64,000 bases of DNA from Candidatus Nanoarchaeia archaeon (GCA_028279755.1 JANQNB010000011.1:4501-68500), one strand, 5' to 3'; shown: positions 49,135-58,809, numbered from the stretch's first letter. Program-made: numbers and translations. Notes: generated by a model not told the origin, from the letters alone.

Positions 49135-49527
49135 CTATGGTTCATTCGTGCCTTCGCGGCCGTAATCGTCCTTGAGCCTGACGACATCCATGAGCTCTGT
49201 CGTGCTGGCTTCGATGATGGTCGAGTCTTCGAGCGCCTCGACCTGGTGGATGGTGCCTGGCATGATGTGGAGGCACTCTCCCGGAAGGAATTCCGATTCC
49301 TCAAGATGCTTCGGATCCTCCTTTCTTCCCAAGGTAAGTTTCAGTTTCCCTTTATACAAATACTGGCTCTCCTCTTTCTGCTCGTGGTATTGCAGACTGA
49401 ACTTATGCCCTTTGTTCAAATGGAGGAACTTCAGGACGTATTTGTCAGTCACTGCCAGCCATTCCTCAGCGCCCCAAGGCTTCTCGACTTTTTTCACAGG
49501 CGTGAGACAGTCATCCTTCAAGGTCAT
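49135..49527 (-). CDS. Cupin, mannose-6-phosphate isomerase (type II C-terminal)-like
   Basis: KPWG.E, SLQYH..KEE, VRL.DDYGR. Confidence 0.85.
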   Translation of the reverse strand: MTLKDDCLTPVKKVEKPWGAEEWLAVTDKYVLKFLHLNKGHKFSLQYHEQKEESQYLYKGKLKLTLGRKEDPKHLEESEFLPGECLHIMPGTIHQVEALEDSTIIEASTTELMDVVRLKDDYGREGTNEP

Positions 49528-49537
49528 CACCACACCT

Positions 49538-50386
49538 CTATGCTTTGTACCCTGTCCATTCCTTCTCGATCTTCGCGAGATAATCAGGGCTTTCCGGGAC
49601 AAACCATTGGCCAGCGAATGGGTAGCCGAACAAGGTGCCGTTGCGTGCGAGCTTTGGGAAGACGTCGGTCTCGATCATGGCGTACCCATCAGGGATCATG
49701 TCGATCACGCTCGGCTCGAGCACGTACAAGCCGGCATTGATCAACTGGCTTGGCTCTGTCCCCGGGCTTGGCTTCTCGACAAAGCGCAGGATCTTATTGC
49801 CGTCCAGCATGGCGACGCCGAATAGGCTCGGATCCTTCACCGTGGTCAAGGAGATGGTCGCGGATGCTTCGCTCTTCAGGTGCTCCTTGTAGAGCATCTC
49901 GAGATTGATGTCTTTCAGCTCATCAGCGTTGAGCACGAGGAAGCTGCTGTCCTGGAGATATGCCCGTGCTTTCTTGATAGGGCCAGCAGTGCCGAGCGGG
50001 TTATCGGGGTTCTCATCGATGTAGGTAATGTTCACGCCGAGGATGCCACCGTCACCGAGCTTGTCCTTGATCTGCTCCTTGAGATAGCCGACGCTGAGCA
50101 CGATGTCCTTGATGCCGAAGCGCTTGAGCAGCTCGATGTTATGTTCGAGGAAGCTCTTGCCCTGAATCTCCAGCATGGGCTTCGGCGTCTTCTTCGTGAG
50201 CGGTAGCATGCGTGTTCCCTTGCCGCCAGCGAGGATGAGTGCCTTTGTTGGTACTCTGCCTTTCAATGCGTGGCGGAGGAAGAGCTCGACCGCGTGGCTC
50301 CTGTTCTTGATGCTCGTTCCATCTACTTTGGCATCGACTTGCTCGAGAAGGTTCTTTTCTATCGTGAGTGTTACGCGTTCCTTCAT
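49538..50386 (-). CDS. Sugar-phosphate nucleotidyltransferase with N-terminal ribbon-helix-helix domain
   Basis: KERVTLTI...VD......NRSHAVE (RHH), then ILAGGKGTRM.PLT...PKPM. Confidence 0.9.
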   Translation of the reverse strand: MKERVTLTIEKNLLEQVDAKVDGTSIKNRSHAVELFLRHALKGRVPTKALILAGGKGTRMLPLTKKTPKPMLEIQGKSFLEHNIELLKRFGIKDIVLSVGYLKEQIKDKLGDGGILGVNITYIDENPDNPLGTAGPIKKARAYLQDSSFLVLNADELKDINLEMLYKEHLKSEASATISLTTVKDPSLFGVAMLDGNKILRFVEKPSPGTEPSQLINAGLYVLEPSVIDMIPDGYAMIETDVFPKLARNGTLFGYPFAGQWFVPESPDYLAKIEKEWTGYKA

Positions 50387-50458
50387 ATCGTCACCCCTCG
50401 GAGCAGCGGCAACGAAGTCATATATAAACCTTTCGAAAAGTATGAGGGTGTATGATGG

Positions 50459-50959
50459 TTACATTTGCACTGCTGGCGTCTGCACTTCTTGGGGTTCCTC
50501 AGTTGCCGGTGCTGAGAAATCAAGTTCAGGGATGTAGGCGCACGGGTCGATCGCTGCCTGGTGCATTGCGCGGAGCACGCGGACAGATTCCACACACGCC
50601 TTGCTGAATGGGAAGGCAAGATAGGCGCCGAGGGCGAGCAAGGCGAACTCACTCCCTGTCATGAATACTGATTTGGTATGCCACCATGCCATGTTCCCGT
50701 CCTGAATCGTCCCTTCAAAGAGTGCTGCGAGTCCCGGCAGTTCCGCAGCAACGAATTCTCCGAGTTCCCTGCCGAACCTGCTCCTTCTGATTGATTCGAA
50801 CCAATCGCCGCTTCTCCTGCAACCCAGAGCGAATCCAGCATATCCTGTGGCCAATGCCAGTCCAAAAGTGCATCCTTCACGTCTCGCTCTGACTTCCTGG
50901 TCGTGTTCAAGAACATCGTTGAGATAGAAATGCCTGACTGAATCGAGGTAACTGTGCAT
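50459..50959 (-). CDS. Hypothetical membrane protein (orphan)
   Basis: ORF with two hydrophobic segments; TTTAAA box upstream. Confidence 0.55.
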   Translation of the reverse strand: MHSYLDSVRHFYLNDVLEHDQEVRARREGCTFGLALATGYAGFALGCRRSGDWFESIRRSRFGRELGEFVAAELPGLAALFEGTIQDGNMAWWHTKSVFMTGSEFALLALGAYLAFPFSKACVESVRVLRAMHQAAIDPCAYIPELDFSAPATEEPQEVQTPAVQM

Positions 50960-50990
50960 TGTCGTCGGTTAGGGAAAACTCGGTGAGCAT

Positions 50991-52280
50991 TTAAACCTTC
51001 GCGATTTCGACAGTGAGATAGAACTTGTTCTCGTCGATGATTTTCACAGTCTGCCATGTCCCCAGAATGCTGTCATCGTCGGTCTTCAGCACGACTTGGG
51101 TGTAGTTCTGGGTGTGTCCGACCACGCTCCCGGGTTTGCCGTGTTGGGTGAAGAGCGCCTCGACTGTTGTGCCAATCATGCCTGCATTCGGATCCTGGCT
51201 TTCGTAGAGTTCCACGAGCTCTTTGCAGCGACGCGCAACGATCTTTGTTGGCAGTAGTTTCAGTTTCGCAGCGCGCGTGCCTGGTCGTGGGTAGAACTTA
51301 TTGATGTTCAGGATACGACAGGCGGTATCAGCTGCAAGCGCCATGGTTTTTTCGAAGTCCTCTTCTGTTTCTGTCGGGTAGCCAACAATATAGTCATTCA
51401 TGATTGTGAAGCCAGGGATTTCCTTTCTTGCCATTGAAACAATGTCCAGAAAGTCCTTAACCTTATACCCTCTTTCCATATGTTCAAGGACAAGATCGCT
51501 ACCGGACTGAACTGGTACGTGGAGGAAATGAAAAAATCGTTTAGGATTATTTTTTAGGAGTTTCAGCATTTTTTCTAATTCTTTTATCACGTGCTGCGGA
51601 TTCGCCATGCCGACGCGCACCATGAACTGGCCGCGGATCTTCGCGACAGCGTTGAGCAAGGAAGCCATGTTTTCGCCGATGTCCTGGCCGTACGCGCCGA
51701 CGTCTTCTGAGGTGAGCCAGATCTCTTTTGCGCCGACATCGACAGCTGCTTCTATTGCCTTGACTATTTCTGCAACTGGGTGGCTCTCTAATCTGCCGCG
51801 TGCATGCACTGTCTTGCAATATGTGCAGCCAGAAAGGCAGCCAGAATTGACAGGAATTATTGTTATGAATGGGTTTGATTTTGATCTGGGTAGGGTGAGT
51901 GAAGGGTTTTTCCTCCTTGTGATGGTTCTTTTCTTTTTTCCTTTCAATGTCTCTGCAACTACCTCTACCACATTGTCAATGTCTTTCACGCCAACAGCGC
52001 TGAACTGCTGCAAGAATTCATCGCCTTGGTTCCCTTGCACCACACAGCCAGCGATCACGACCGGCAGCTTCGCTGTCCTGATATCGTGCAAGAACTTCTT
52101 CTCTGCCGGATCCTTGACAGCGCAGGAATTCACGAGCAGCAAGTCTGCGTCGTTCTCCTCATCAACGATCTCATAGCCCGCTGCTTCGAGCAAGCCAGCC
52201 ATCTGTTCAGAATCCGCCTGATTGTGGGTGCAGCCGTAGGTTTTGATGAAAATACGGTGCTTTCCCGACGACGAGGCCAT
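50991..52280 (-). CDS. tRNA methylthiotransferase, MiaB-like/e-MtaB (t6A37)
   Basis: TYGC.HN..DSE, NSCAVK, GCLSGCTYC, EIWLTSED, C-terminal TRAM domain. Confidence 0.9.
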   Translation of the reverse strand: MASSSGKHRIFIKTYGCTHNQADSEQMAGLLEAAGYEIVDEENDADLLLVNSCAVKDPAEKKFLHDIRTAKLPVVIAGCVVQGNQGDEFLQQFSAVGVKDIDNVVEVVAETLKGKKKRTITRRKNPSLTLPRSKSNPFITIIPVNSGCLSGCTYCKTVHARGRLESHPVAEIVKAIEAAVDVGAKEIWLTSEDVGAYGQDIGENMASLLNAVAKIRGQFMVRVGMANPQHVIKELEKMLKLLKNNPKRFFHFLHVPVQSGSDLVLEHMERGYKVKDFLDIVSMARKEIPGFTIMNDYIVGYPTETEEDFEKTMALAADTACRILNINKFYPRPGTRAAKLKLLPTKIVARRCKELVELYESQDPNAGMIGTTVEALFTQHGKPGSVVGHTQNYTQVVLKTDDDSILGTWQTVKIIDENKFYLTVEIAKV

Positions 52281-52384
52281 CGCTCTGCGGGGTTGTGGCG
52301 GGTTAAAAAACCTATCGTGCCGAAGCGTAACATTTATATACCCCTGGGCCGTGATTGCAGTGTAGCTATACTCGGAGGGATAGA

Positions 52385-52780
52385 ATGCGACGCCTCTTTT
52401 CACTCAAGCGCATCCGGAAGACCAATTACGACGATGATGATCTTGTCGAATCACAGGACGACTATGTAGAATTGAACACTGATGCAGGCCCTGATGCACG
52501 CGGCAGCAAGGTCGTGGTCCGCAGCTTCGCGCTCGAAGACTTCAGTGACATCAAGCCAGTGCTTGACGTGCTGCGCGAAGGCTATACTGTCTGCCTGGTC
52601 AACATCAAGCCGCTCAAAGACAAGGACCTTGTCGAGCTGAAGCGCGCGATCAACAAGCTCAAGAAGACGACTGAAGCGCTCGACGGCGACATTGCAGGCT
52701 TTGGTGACGATTACATCGTGCTCACGCCAAGTTTTGCAGAGATCTACCGCGCTGCGGGCACTGAAGACGTGCTTGAATAA
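52385..52780 (+). CDS. sepF: Cell division protein SepF
   Basis: LREG...LVNI..L, L.R....LK....A.DGDIAG, LTP; GGAGG SD. Confidence 0.88.
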   Translation: MRRLFSLKRIRKTNYDDDDLVESQDDYVELNTDAGPDARGSKVVVRSFALEDFSDIKPVLDVLREGYTVCLVNIKPLKDKDLVELKRAINKLKKTTEALDGDIAGFGDDYIVLTPSFAEIYRAAGTEDVLE

Positions 52781-52861
52781 TTCTTTTTATTTTCCGCATC
52801 TCAGCATCCTATAGTTTTTTCTCCGAAAATGCTTATAAAGCATCCAGTCTCGGACTGCGCC

Positions 52862-53401
52862 ATGTCGGAAGAGAGCGATTACGAGCAAGTGACTGGCGAG
52901 ACCTGCCCGGTGTGCCACGAGAAACAGCTGACCCTGACTGAGGCGCGCAAGGAAGTGCCGTATTTCGGCGTGTGCTATCTCTTCAGCATGGACTGCAGCG
53001 CGTGCAGCTATCACAAGGCTGACGTGGAAAGCGAGGAGCAGCACGAGCCGGCGAAGTATACCTATGTGCTCAAGGATGAGGAAGGGCTCAAGGTTCGCGT
53101 TGTCAAGAGTTCGAACGCGACTGTGAAGATCGGCATGATCGGCTCGATCGAGCCTGGCGAGACTGCCAATGGCTATATCACGAACATCGAGGGCGTACTG
53201 AACCGGCTGAAGAACCAGGTCGATCATCTCAAGAACGCTGCCCAGGATGAGGGCGATGCCGCGACTGCGAAGAAAGCCAAGAACCATCTCAAGAAATTGC
53301 AGCGCGCACTCTGGGGTCAGGACGAATTGAAGATCGTGCTCAGCGATCCCACCGGGAATTCTGCGATCATTTCTCCTGACGTTGAGAAGAAAAAGCTCTA
53401 G
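52862..53401 (+). CDS. ZPR1-type zinc finger protein
   Basis: CPVC...VPYFG...C..C.Y, TNIEGVL, DPTGNS. Confidence 0.9.
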   Translation: MSEESDYEQVTGETCPVCHEKQLTLTEARKEVPYFGVCYLFSMDCSACSYHKADVESEEQHEPAKYTYVLKDEEGLKVRVVKSSNATVKIGMIGSIEPGETANGYITNIEGVLNRLKNQVDHLKNAAQDEGDAATAKKAKNHLKKLQRALWGQDELKIVLSDPTGNSAIISPDVEKKKL

Positions 53402-53507
53402 AGAGCGTCTCCTCCTTTTTCGTTCTCCAGCACCAAAACATTTATATATGACCTATACCAATATACAGATTAGTATACAGGAATACGTTGCGACAGAGGT
53501 GACTATT

Positions 53508-53663
53508 ATGGCTGACCCTGCATTGAGATGCAATCCCTCACTCTATCACTACAACGGCTTCTGCTTCAATAAAGGGCGTGTCCCGCCTGGCCAGATCGCC
53601 ATCCCGGCACGCGAATGCGAAGCGCTTGAACAGAAAGAGGTCGTCACCACGATCATCAGCTAA
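53508..53663 (+). CDS. Small hypothetical protein (51 aa, 3 Cys)
   Basis: Perfect GAGGTGA SD before ATG 53508 and TTTATATA box at ~53441. Confidence 0.55.
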   Translation: MADPALRCNPSLYHYNGFCFNKGRVPPGQIAIPARECEALEQKEVVTTIIS

Positions 53664-54429
53664 TCCGTTTTCGCAAACCAGCTACTTTTCCGAATGCCAA
53701 AACCTGATCATCCACACTTGCGAAGGCGGAGAATTCATCAAACCTTTTCAGGAGCGGCCCGATGGGCCGCTCCCCGATTATATCTGTGCCAAAGGTCAAT
53801 GGGTTCCACGATGGCATGATGATGAGATCGAGTTTCCTTCTCCCATAGCGGTGCTTGCCGACAAGAAAGCATTTCACAGTCTCGGTTCGCAAGCCGTCGG
53901 TGATCCTCGCAGCGGGGTGCTCATGGCCAGCGATGACAACGTTAACAGATCTCATGGTTTCCTTGCTGAGCTGTGCCTCAGATTGCAGTCCTGCAAGGGT
54001 CTCATCTCCATGAACAATAAGAACCCCTACTTTACCATTTTGGATAATTTTGACTTTTTCTAATTTAATATTGAGCTTTGTGAGTATTGGTTGTATGAGA
54101 TTGTCGTGATTGCCGCCCACGGCAAGGACGCGAGCGCCGCGTTCCTCGATGCCCTTGATGAACGCTTGCACGTCGTACCATTCCTCGCGTGAGATCTGCC
54201 CGAACTCGTGCTTGATGTCGCCAGCCAAGACGACAGCCTTGATTTTGTATTTCTTGAATAATCTATCAAGTTCTTTCTTGAAATACTTTTTCTGCGCTTG
54301 AGGAAGAAGGACTCCTTTGCTCCGCTTTTCCTCCTCATACCCGATATGGAGATCTGAGAGGATGAGTGTTCTGGCTTGCTTCAAATACAGAGCGGTCTTG
54401 TCAGCGATGATGCCAGGCAGGAGTTCCAT
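53656..54429 (-). CDS. Calcineurin-like metallophosphoesterase
   Basis: SDLHIG, GDIKH, GNHD, HG, GHEHP. Confidence 0.9.
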   Translation of the reverse strand: MELLPGIIADKTALYLKQARTLILSDLHIGYEEEKRSKGVLLPQAQKKYFKKELDRLFKKYKIKAVVLAGDIKHEFGQISREEWYDVQAFIKGIEERGARVLAVGGNHDNLIQPILTKLNIKLEKVKIIQNGKVGVLIVHGDETLAGLQSEAQLSKETMRSVNVVIAGHEHPAARITDGLRTETVKCFLVGKHRYGRRKLDLIIMPSWNPLTFGTDIIGERPIGPLLKRFDEFSAFASVDDQVLAFGKVAGLRKRIS

Positions 54430-54460
54430 GACAATGAGAAAAAGTGATAGGTTAAAGAGT

Positions 54461-54982
54461 TTACGAGACGAGCTTCTTCAGCTCCTTGATGCGGTCCTTG
54501 AGGAATTCCACGGTTCGGGAATTGTCCTGCTGGTGCATCAGGTTGCCGCATTCCGGGCACTTGAACTCGAACTCCATGCTCTTGTCGAAGTCCATGCGGC
54601 TGCAAGCGTTCCCGCACATGAAGAACGTAGCGCTCGTCTCATTGACAAGGCGCTCTTCCATCTTGTCCAGCTTCTGCTGGTGGAGCTTCTTGTGCAGCTG
54701 CGGCACCATGTGCTCGTTGAAGTCCCAGTAGCAGATATACCATCCCTTGATCCGGTCCTTCTTGCGCAGAAAGCTCACGATGTTATGCTCCAGGAGCTTG
54801 TACAGCACGTTCCTGGTCTCGTTGATCTCGAGCTCCAGCTCTTCAGCGATGATGAACTCGCTGATCTTCGTCTTTCCCTTGAGAAAATCGACGATCGGCA
54901 TTGCGTGTTCACCAACGAGCTCGGTGACAACCTCCTCCGTCATCTTTTTTGTAGGCTTGGTCAGCTTTAGTTTTTGCGTCAT
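54461..54982 (-). CDS. tfe: Transcription factor E (TFE alpha)
   Basis: Winged helix (R..LYKL, GWY...W) and Zn ribbon C...C...F.CP.CG. Confidence 0.9.
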   Translation of the reverse strand: MTQKLKLTKPTKKMTEEVVTELVGEHAMPIVDFLKGKTKISEFIIAEELELEINETRNVLYKLLEHNIVSFLRKKDRIKGWYICYWDFNEHMVPQLHKKLHQQKLDKMEERLVNETSATFFMCGNACSRMDFDKSMEFEFKCPECGNLMHQQDNSRTVEFLKDRIKELKKLVS

Positions 54983-55196
54983 CGTCTTATCCTCGCTCTT
55001 TTTTCTCCGTTTCATCAGGGTACAGCGCACCCCGTCTGCTCCTCAGCTATCATACCGTTGAATCGTGCCAGAATGCTGTCTCTGTGGCAGCATTCAGTCC
55101 CCCCTGTGCTATAGTCACACCCGGGTTTTCGGGTATATAAGCTTTGCGGTCATTATTTCCCGATAATGTATACTGGGAGAACAAAATGTGAGCTTT

Positions 55197-55490
55197 CTAT
55201 CGCGCGGGTATATGCTCGCACGCGTACTCTGCTTCGATGCTCGCGCCATCGCATTCCGCGGTGCAGGCGTTCGGGTACGTGATGTACCAATGGTTGCGCT
55301 TGCCGCACACTGGCGAGAAGCCCACGCATGTGTTGCAATTCATCGCCATACCGGGCTCTGCCACAACATGGCCAGAGATGCCATTGTCTTGTCCAGTCAA
55401 AGCATCGGCTGGAAACGGTCTGCTGGCGAACAAGCCGACAACACCCACTAAGGCAACAATCAAGACGATGACTAAAATGGCGCGCTCCAT
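55197..55490 (-). CDS. Secreted/anchored Kazal-type domain protein
   Basis: Signal/TM followed by C..C....PVCG.......TYPNAC.A.C..........C. Confidence 0.75.
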   Translation of the reverse strand: MERAILVIVLIVALVGVVGLFASRPFPADALTGQDNGISGHVVAEPGMAMNCNTCVGFSPVCGKRNHWYITYPNACTAECDGASIEAEYACEHIPAR

Positions 55491-55624
55491 GATCCCACCT
55501 GGCGAAGCACAGGTGTGGAAGTATTTAAACCTTTGGATTCTCTTTGACGTGAAATTATCGCAATGTTTATAAATTCTTAAGCTCGGGTGTCACGTACGAA
55601 AGAGTTTGGTGAGGTGACGCTCAA

Positions 55625-56128
55625 ATGCGAAAGCGTGGTTCTCTAGAAATCGGAGTCAACACGATTGTCATCATGGTGATCGCGATGATGCTCCTCGGCC
55701 TTGGCATCGGCTTTGTCAAAGGCATCTTCGGCAAGGCGAGCAGTCTGCCGGAACTTATCGAAATCGATGTGGACAATCCGCCGACAGCTGCGGATCCGCT
55801 CAAGGTGACACCTGGCTCGCTGGAGATCAAGTCCGGCGATAAGAAACCGGTGGTGGTCGGCATCTACAACGATCAGGCAGTGTCAAAGACCTTCGATATT
55901 GACATCAGTGTCTGCACTGGCAACCTTGACCCAGTGGTCGAAGCACTGCCAGGCGACATCGAAGCAGGAGACAGCAGAGGCTTCAAGGTCATCGTGCACG
56001 CGATGAACGAGACTGCCACGCCAGCAACGAAAGTGCCGCCAGGAGAGTACATCTGTAAGCTCGAAGGGGCTGCTGACGATGCGTCAGTCACCTACGAGTC
56101 GCAGTTCATCCTGACGGTGAGCAGCTGA
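55625..56128 (+). CDS. Class III signal peptide (type IV pilin-like) protein
   Basis: MRKRG|SLEIGVNTIVIMVIA, then an Ig-like domain. Confidence 0.75.
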   Translation: MRKRGSLEIGVNTIVIMVIAMMLLGLGIGFVKGIFGKASSLPELIEIDVDNPPTAADPLKVTPGSLEIKSGDKKPVVVGIYNDQAVSKTFDIDISVCTGNLDPVVEALPGDIEAGDSRGFKVIVHAMNETATPATKVPPGEYICKLEGAADDASVTYESQFILTVSS

Positions 56129-56129
56129 G

Positions 56130-56369
56130 GTGATCATGATGGCGAAAAACAAGCGACACCTGACCCGGCAAGAGGAATTCGACATCCTGAAGCTGATCCT
56201 GGACAAGTTCCTCTGGCTCGGCGTGCTCATCATGGGCTATGGCATGTGGCGGCTCATAACGCTCAGCCAGGACTTCTGGTACGGCCTGGCGATCATGCTC
56301 GGCGGCGCAGTCCTGATGCTGGTCTTCATGGTGATCCTGGTGCGCGAGTACCACTTCATGAAGAACTAA
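56130..56369 (+). CDS. Small two-TM membrane protein
   Basis: EFDILKLILDKFLW plus two TMs; coupled to the upstream gene. Confidence 0.7.
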   Translation: MIMMAKNKRHLTRQEEFDILKLILDKFLWLGVLIMGYGMWRLITLSQDFWYGLAIMLGGAVLMLVFMVILVREYHFMKN

Positions 56370-56400
56370 ACACTTTCCTCTTTTCCCTTTTGGTGATCAC

Positions 56401-56991
56401 ATGAATCGACGCGGCATGGAGATTGCGATCAACACCCTGGTGGTGCTCATTCTCGGCATCGTCATCATCACCGGCGGCATCCTGCTCTTGAGGAACATCT
56501 ATGTCAAGGCGATCGAGCTGCCAGAACAGGTGAGCCAGCAGACGGAAGATGCCCTGTTCAACATGCTGCTGAGCAGCAAGCAACGCATTGCAGTCCTGCA
56601 CAATGTGCAGGATATCCAGCGGAAGAAGAGCGCGCTCTATCCCATCGCGTTCCAGAACCAGTTGGAAGGTGCAGTCTCGTGCTTCCGGATCGTCACGACC
56701 GACAATCCTGAAATTGTCGTCGAGCCCAGCGCGAGCGCATGCATCGGCGGCGGCACGCCAGATACCTGCCCGAAAGCCGACGTCCTTGCCGACGAATGGA
56801 TGCTCGACCGCTACGAATCGAACGCGATCTATGCCGGGGTTGCTGTGCCCAAGGCTGCGCAGCGAGGGGAGTATGTCTTCCAGCTGGTGGTGCAGGCGCG
56901 CTCAGGCTGCACTGTGGGTCAGCCCTGCACGAGCTGCACTGATCCCTATGCAGATTATGCGCGCGCAAAGTTCCACGCGATCGTGGAATAG
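56401..56991 (+). CDS. Class III signal peptide (type IV pilin-like) protein, Cys-rich
   Basis: MNRRG|MEIAINTLVVLILG. Confidence 0.75.
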   Translation: MNRRGMEIAINTLVVLILGIVIITGGILLLRNIYVKAIELPEQVSQQTEDALFNMLLSSKQRIAVLHNVQDIQRKKSALYPIAFQNQLEGAVSCFRIVTTDNPEIVVEPSASACIGGGTPDTCPKADVLADEWMLDRYESNAIYAGVAVPKAAQRGEYVFQLVVQARSGCTVGQPCTSCTDPYADYARAKFHAIVE

Positions 56992-57636
56992 CTAGAAATC
57001 AAGCAATGCCAGCAATGCTTTCTTTGGATCTTCTGCTTTCGTGACGCCGCTCGCGAGCAGAACGCCGACAGCGCCAAGTTCCAACGCCACCTTCACATCT
57101 TCCCCAGTATGAATGCCGGCACCGACAAGCAAGGGAGCGTCAATCAACTCTACAGACTTCCTGATGATCTCTGGTTCGGCAGCAGACACACTCACTTCGC
57201 CACCGATCAACTCAGGAGGTTCGACAGCCACAAACTCTGGTTGCAATGCCGCGACCTCGCTGCCTTCTTCTGGCGTCGCTGCGCAGATGACGACCTTCAA
57301 TCCTGCGTCTTTCGCTTCCTTTACCGAGCGTTCGAGCACGTCGCGTTCCAGGCGGTGCTCGCTGTGATTCAGCAAAGTTCCAGCAGCGCCTTCAGCCTTG
57401 ACAGCCTCAGGAAGGATGAAGCCTGTATTCCTGCCAGGATCGATCGGATCCACATGCTCGGCATAGACAGGGATGGAGACAGCCTGGCTGACCCGATACA
57501 AGTCAGCAGCCTGGACTGCGACCCGGATATCTGCATCGTGCTCGTCTGCCAATTCCTGGCAGAGCTCTGCGAGCCGCACCGCATTCTCTCCAGTTGCTTG
57601 CGGATAGGTCTTGAAATTGATGATGATCACTGCCAT
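56992..57636 (-). CDS. tpiA: Triosephosphate isomerase, archaeal type
   Basis: INFKTY, LNHSE, AVEPPELIG, GAGI, LLASG. Confidence 0.96.
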   Translation of the reverse strand: MAVIIINFKTYPQATGENAVRLAELCQELADEHDADIRVAVQAADLYRVSQAVSIPVYAEHVDPIDPGRNTGFILPEAVKAEGAAGTLLNHSEHRLERDVLERSVKEAKDAGLKVVICAATPEEGSEVAALQPEFVAVEPPELIGGEVSVSAAEPEIIRKSVELIDAPLLVGAGIHTGEDVKVALELGAVGVLLASGVTKAEDPKKALLALLDF

Positions 57637-57639
57637 GCA

Positions 57640-58467
57640 TCACTTCCTCGTTCCCTGTCTTTTTAACAGCTTCGGCCAGTACAGCCAGACAAGCCCCGCA
57701 AGACCCATGGCACCCATGAGCAGGGAGAGCCATTGGCCGACAGCCAAGCCAGTAGCGGCGAGCGTGAAATCAGTCGGGTCCGGCGCTCTCCAGATGTCAG
57801 TGATGACTCTGCCGAATCCTGTCAGCACGAAGTATAACCAGAAGATCGTGCCGTCCTTGAGCTTCTCGTGCAGTTTGAGGTAGAGCGGTGTGATGATCAG
57901 GAAGACGACAAGATTTTTTGCTGCTTCGTAGAACTGGCTCGGGTGCCGGCAGCCCTCGACGCTTGGATCGTTCGGATAGTTCACGCACCACGCGACATCT
58001 GTCGCTGTGCCGACGAGTTCGCCATTGATGTAATTGGCCAGTCGTCCGAAAATATGGATGAAACTCAAGGGCAGAACAGTCACGTCGGCGAGGCTGAAGA
58101 AGCTCACCTTGTACTTCCTGCAGAACCACCAGCCTGCAATGACTGCGCCGATGATCCCGCCGTGAAAGCTGATCCCGCCTTCCCAGATGAAGAGGATCTT
58201 CCAGGGCGCTACTGCGTAATATGCTGGATTGTAGACGATGCAATAGAACAAGCGGCCCATGCCGATGCCGCCGATGATCAGCCAGACGATGAAGGACTCC
58301 ACTGCCTGCTTGTCCAGGTTCTTGATATAGCCGCGCTCCGCGACTTTCAGCAGCACCCAATAACCGAGGAGAAAGCCGATGACATAGACAAGGCTGTACC
58401 ATCGCAAGGCGAATGGTCCGATCGAGAAGATGACCGGGCTCAATGTGTGTTCGAAGGGCATGATCAT
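57640..58467 (-). CDS. lgt: Prolipoprotein diacylglyceryl transferase
   Basis: RWYSL.Y, IWEGG.SFHGG, GRLANYINGEL.G, RHPSQ.YE, GQWLS. Confidence 0.92.
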   Translation of the reverse strand: MIMPFEHTLSPVIFSIGPFALRWYSLVYVIGFLLGYWVLLKVAERGYIKNLDKQAVESFIVWLIIGGIGMGRLFYCIVYNPAYYAVAPWKILFIWEGGISFHGGIIGAVIAGWWFCRKYKVSFFSLADVTVLPLSFIHIFGRLANYINGELVGTATDVAWCVNYPNDPSVEGCRHPSQFYEAAKNLVVFLIITPLYLKLHEKLKDGTIFWLYFVLTGFGRVITDIWRAPDPTDFTLAATGLAVGQWLSLLMGAMGLAGLVWLYWPKLLKRQGTRK

Positions 58468-58494
58468 GAAGGGAAAGAAGATGGTTAAAAAGTT

Positions 58495-58809
58495 TTACCC
58501 AAAGTGCTTCTTTATCTCTTCTTCAAAGGCGTCTTTGGGAAGCGCACCGCTGGTCCTGGCGATCTCCTCGCCGTCTTTCAGGAAGACGATGGTGGGGATG
58601 CCACGGATGCCGTACTCAGCAGCGAGATTGCTGTTGACAGGCTCGTCAGTGTTCACCTTGCCGAACGTTATGTTCTTCTGCTCTTCGCTCACTTCCTCGA
58701 ATGTGGGCTTGAACTGCTGGCAAGGGCCGCACCAGGGTGCCCAGAAGTCAAGGATGGCATTGCCTTTCTTGACCTCTTCCAGGTTTTCAGGGGTTATGTC
58801 GAGTGCCAT
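58495..58809 (-). CDS. trxA: Thioredoxin
   Basis: DFWAPWCGPC, IRGIPT; GAGGTGA SD. Confidence 0.95.
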   Translation of the reverse strand: MALDITPENLEEVKKGNAILDFWAPWCGPCQQFKPTFEEVSEEQKNITFGKVNTDEPVNSNLAAEYGIRGIPTIVFLKDGEEIARTSGALPKDAFEEEIKKHFG

